Below, in pieces: positions 63,017 to 64,000 of a DNA stretch of 64,000 nt (the stretch's first letter is position 1; every line of letters begins with the position of its first letter). Source of the stretch: Geosiphon pyriformis uo1 (taxonomy: Eukaryota; Fungi; Glomeromycota); the NCBI GenBank assembly GCA_016748015.1, contig JAAOMT010000151.1:248001-312000 (forward strand), written 5' to 3'. The notes beneath the pieces were generated by a model. That model saw only the letters and a list, made by a program, of their open reading frames with translations, was not told where the DNA came from and ran no database searches. The position numbers and the translations under genes were made by a program.

Positions 63017-64000
63017 AAAAAAAAAATTTTAATTGCCAAAAAACTTTAACCATTTAATCAAAAAAAAATTTTAAAAATTATTTAAAAGTGTTTAAATAAT
63101 TAAACACAAAAAACAAATTGAAACAAAAAAACAATTATATTAAATAATAATAAATTAAGCAAAAAAAAAACAAAATAATATTTAAACAAATTATCTTTTA
63201 AAACAAAAAATATTATTATTATTTGGGCTTAAAATTTGCTTTTAAAAGTTATTAAATACAAAATAAAAATATTTATTTGATATATAAATAAGCTAATTAG
63301 AAATAATTTTTATTTAAAAATAATTTTTATAAATTTTTTTAAGGAAAAAAGTAATAAATTCTGAGAATTTATATTTTAGTACCAAATAATTAAAGTATTT
63401 ATACTTTTTACAATGAATTAAACCAAATTTAATTCAAAAAAAATTTATATTACCAAATATTAAAATAATACATGTTTTTTTACTTATTTTTTTCAAAAAA
63501 TTACCAAAATTATAAACATTTATACTTATAAACAAAATAAATAAATATGCTTTAAAACAATTCTTAAGCAGCTAAATATTTTAATTTTTATTGGCTTTGA
63601 TTATATATACAGTATTTTTTCCAATTAAAAATAACTATTTTAAAGTTAAAAAATTAGTTTAATTTAATTTAACAAATTCTATTATAGTTTTTTGTTATAA
63701 TTTAATAAATTATTATTTTATAAATATAAACAAAATTATAATAAATATTTTCTTAATATAAATTCTATTTTCATTAACCAAAACTGTTGTTTATATTAAA
63801 TTTTTTTTAAAGTAAATATAGCATAAATAATTTTTTTATATTTTAAAAAAATAATAATTTTTTAAATTTATTTATTAATAAAAACAGCTTTTTAATAATT
63901 TGCACTTTAGTTATTGCTAATTTGCTTTTAATAATTAAAAAATTAATATTTAATGTTTAGAATTTTTTTATAAATATTTTTATTCAAGACTTTACAATTT

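Overview
Very AT-rich eukaryotic (fungal) DNA. The TE protein families resemble those I recall from Glomeromycotina, e.g. Geosiphon; this is recollection, not a search result. The window is a nested transposon graveyard around one intact host gene, TRP4 (anthranilate phosphoribosyltransferase, 4 exons, 42871-44165). Contents: (1) a hAT DNA transposon (726-14047; 12-bp TIRs, 8-bp TSD) inserted in an old LTR and itself carrying Ty3/Gypsy element A (3791-13788, minus). (2) Three full-length RNase H-encoding LINEs on + (about 14650-21474, 22295-39204, 46909-53736); the second is split by Ty3/Gypsy element B (28027-38175, minus). (3) A 5'-truncated LINE, a decayed LINE, a decayed Gypsy C and solo/partial LTRs. 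All TE polyprotein and transposase frames are disrupted, mostly by C>T/G>A transitions. Most interesting: (a) the Gypsy elements look 'complex': a helical Gag N-terminal domain, a multi-CxxC domain plus a dUTPase between protease and RT, a conserved ~205-aa soluble accessory ORF3 in the env position, and palindromic U3 repeat arrays. (b) The LINE 3'UTRs fold into a conserved, covarying four-stem RNA structure. (c) An orphan copy of that 3'UTR sits about 100 bp upstream of the TRP4 ATG and supplies a Gcn4/CpcA-type site (GTGAGTCAC), suggesting promoter exaptation.
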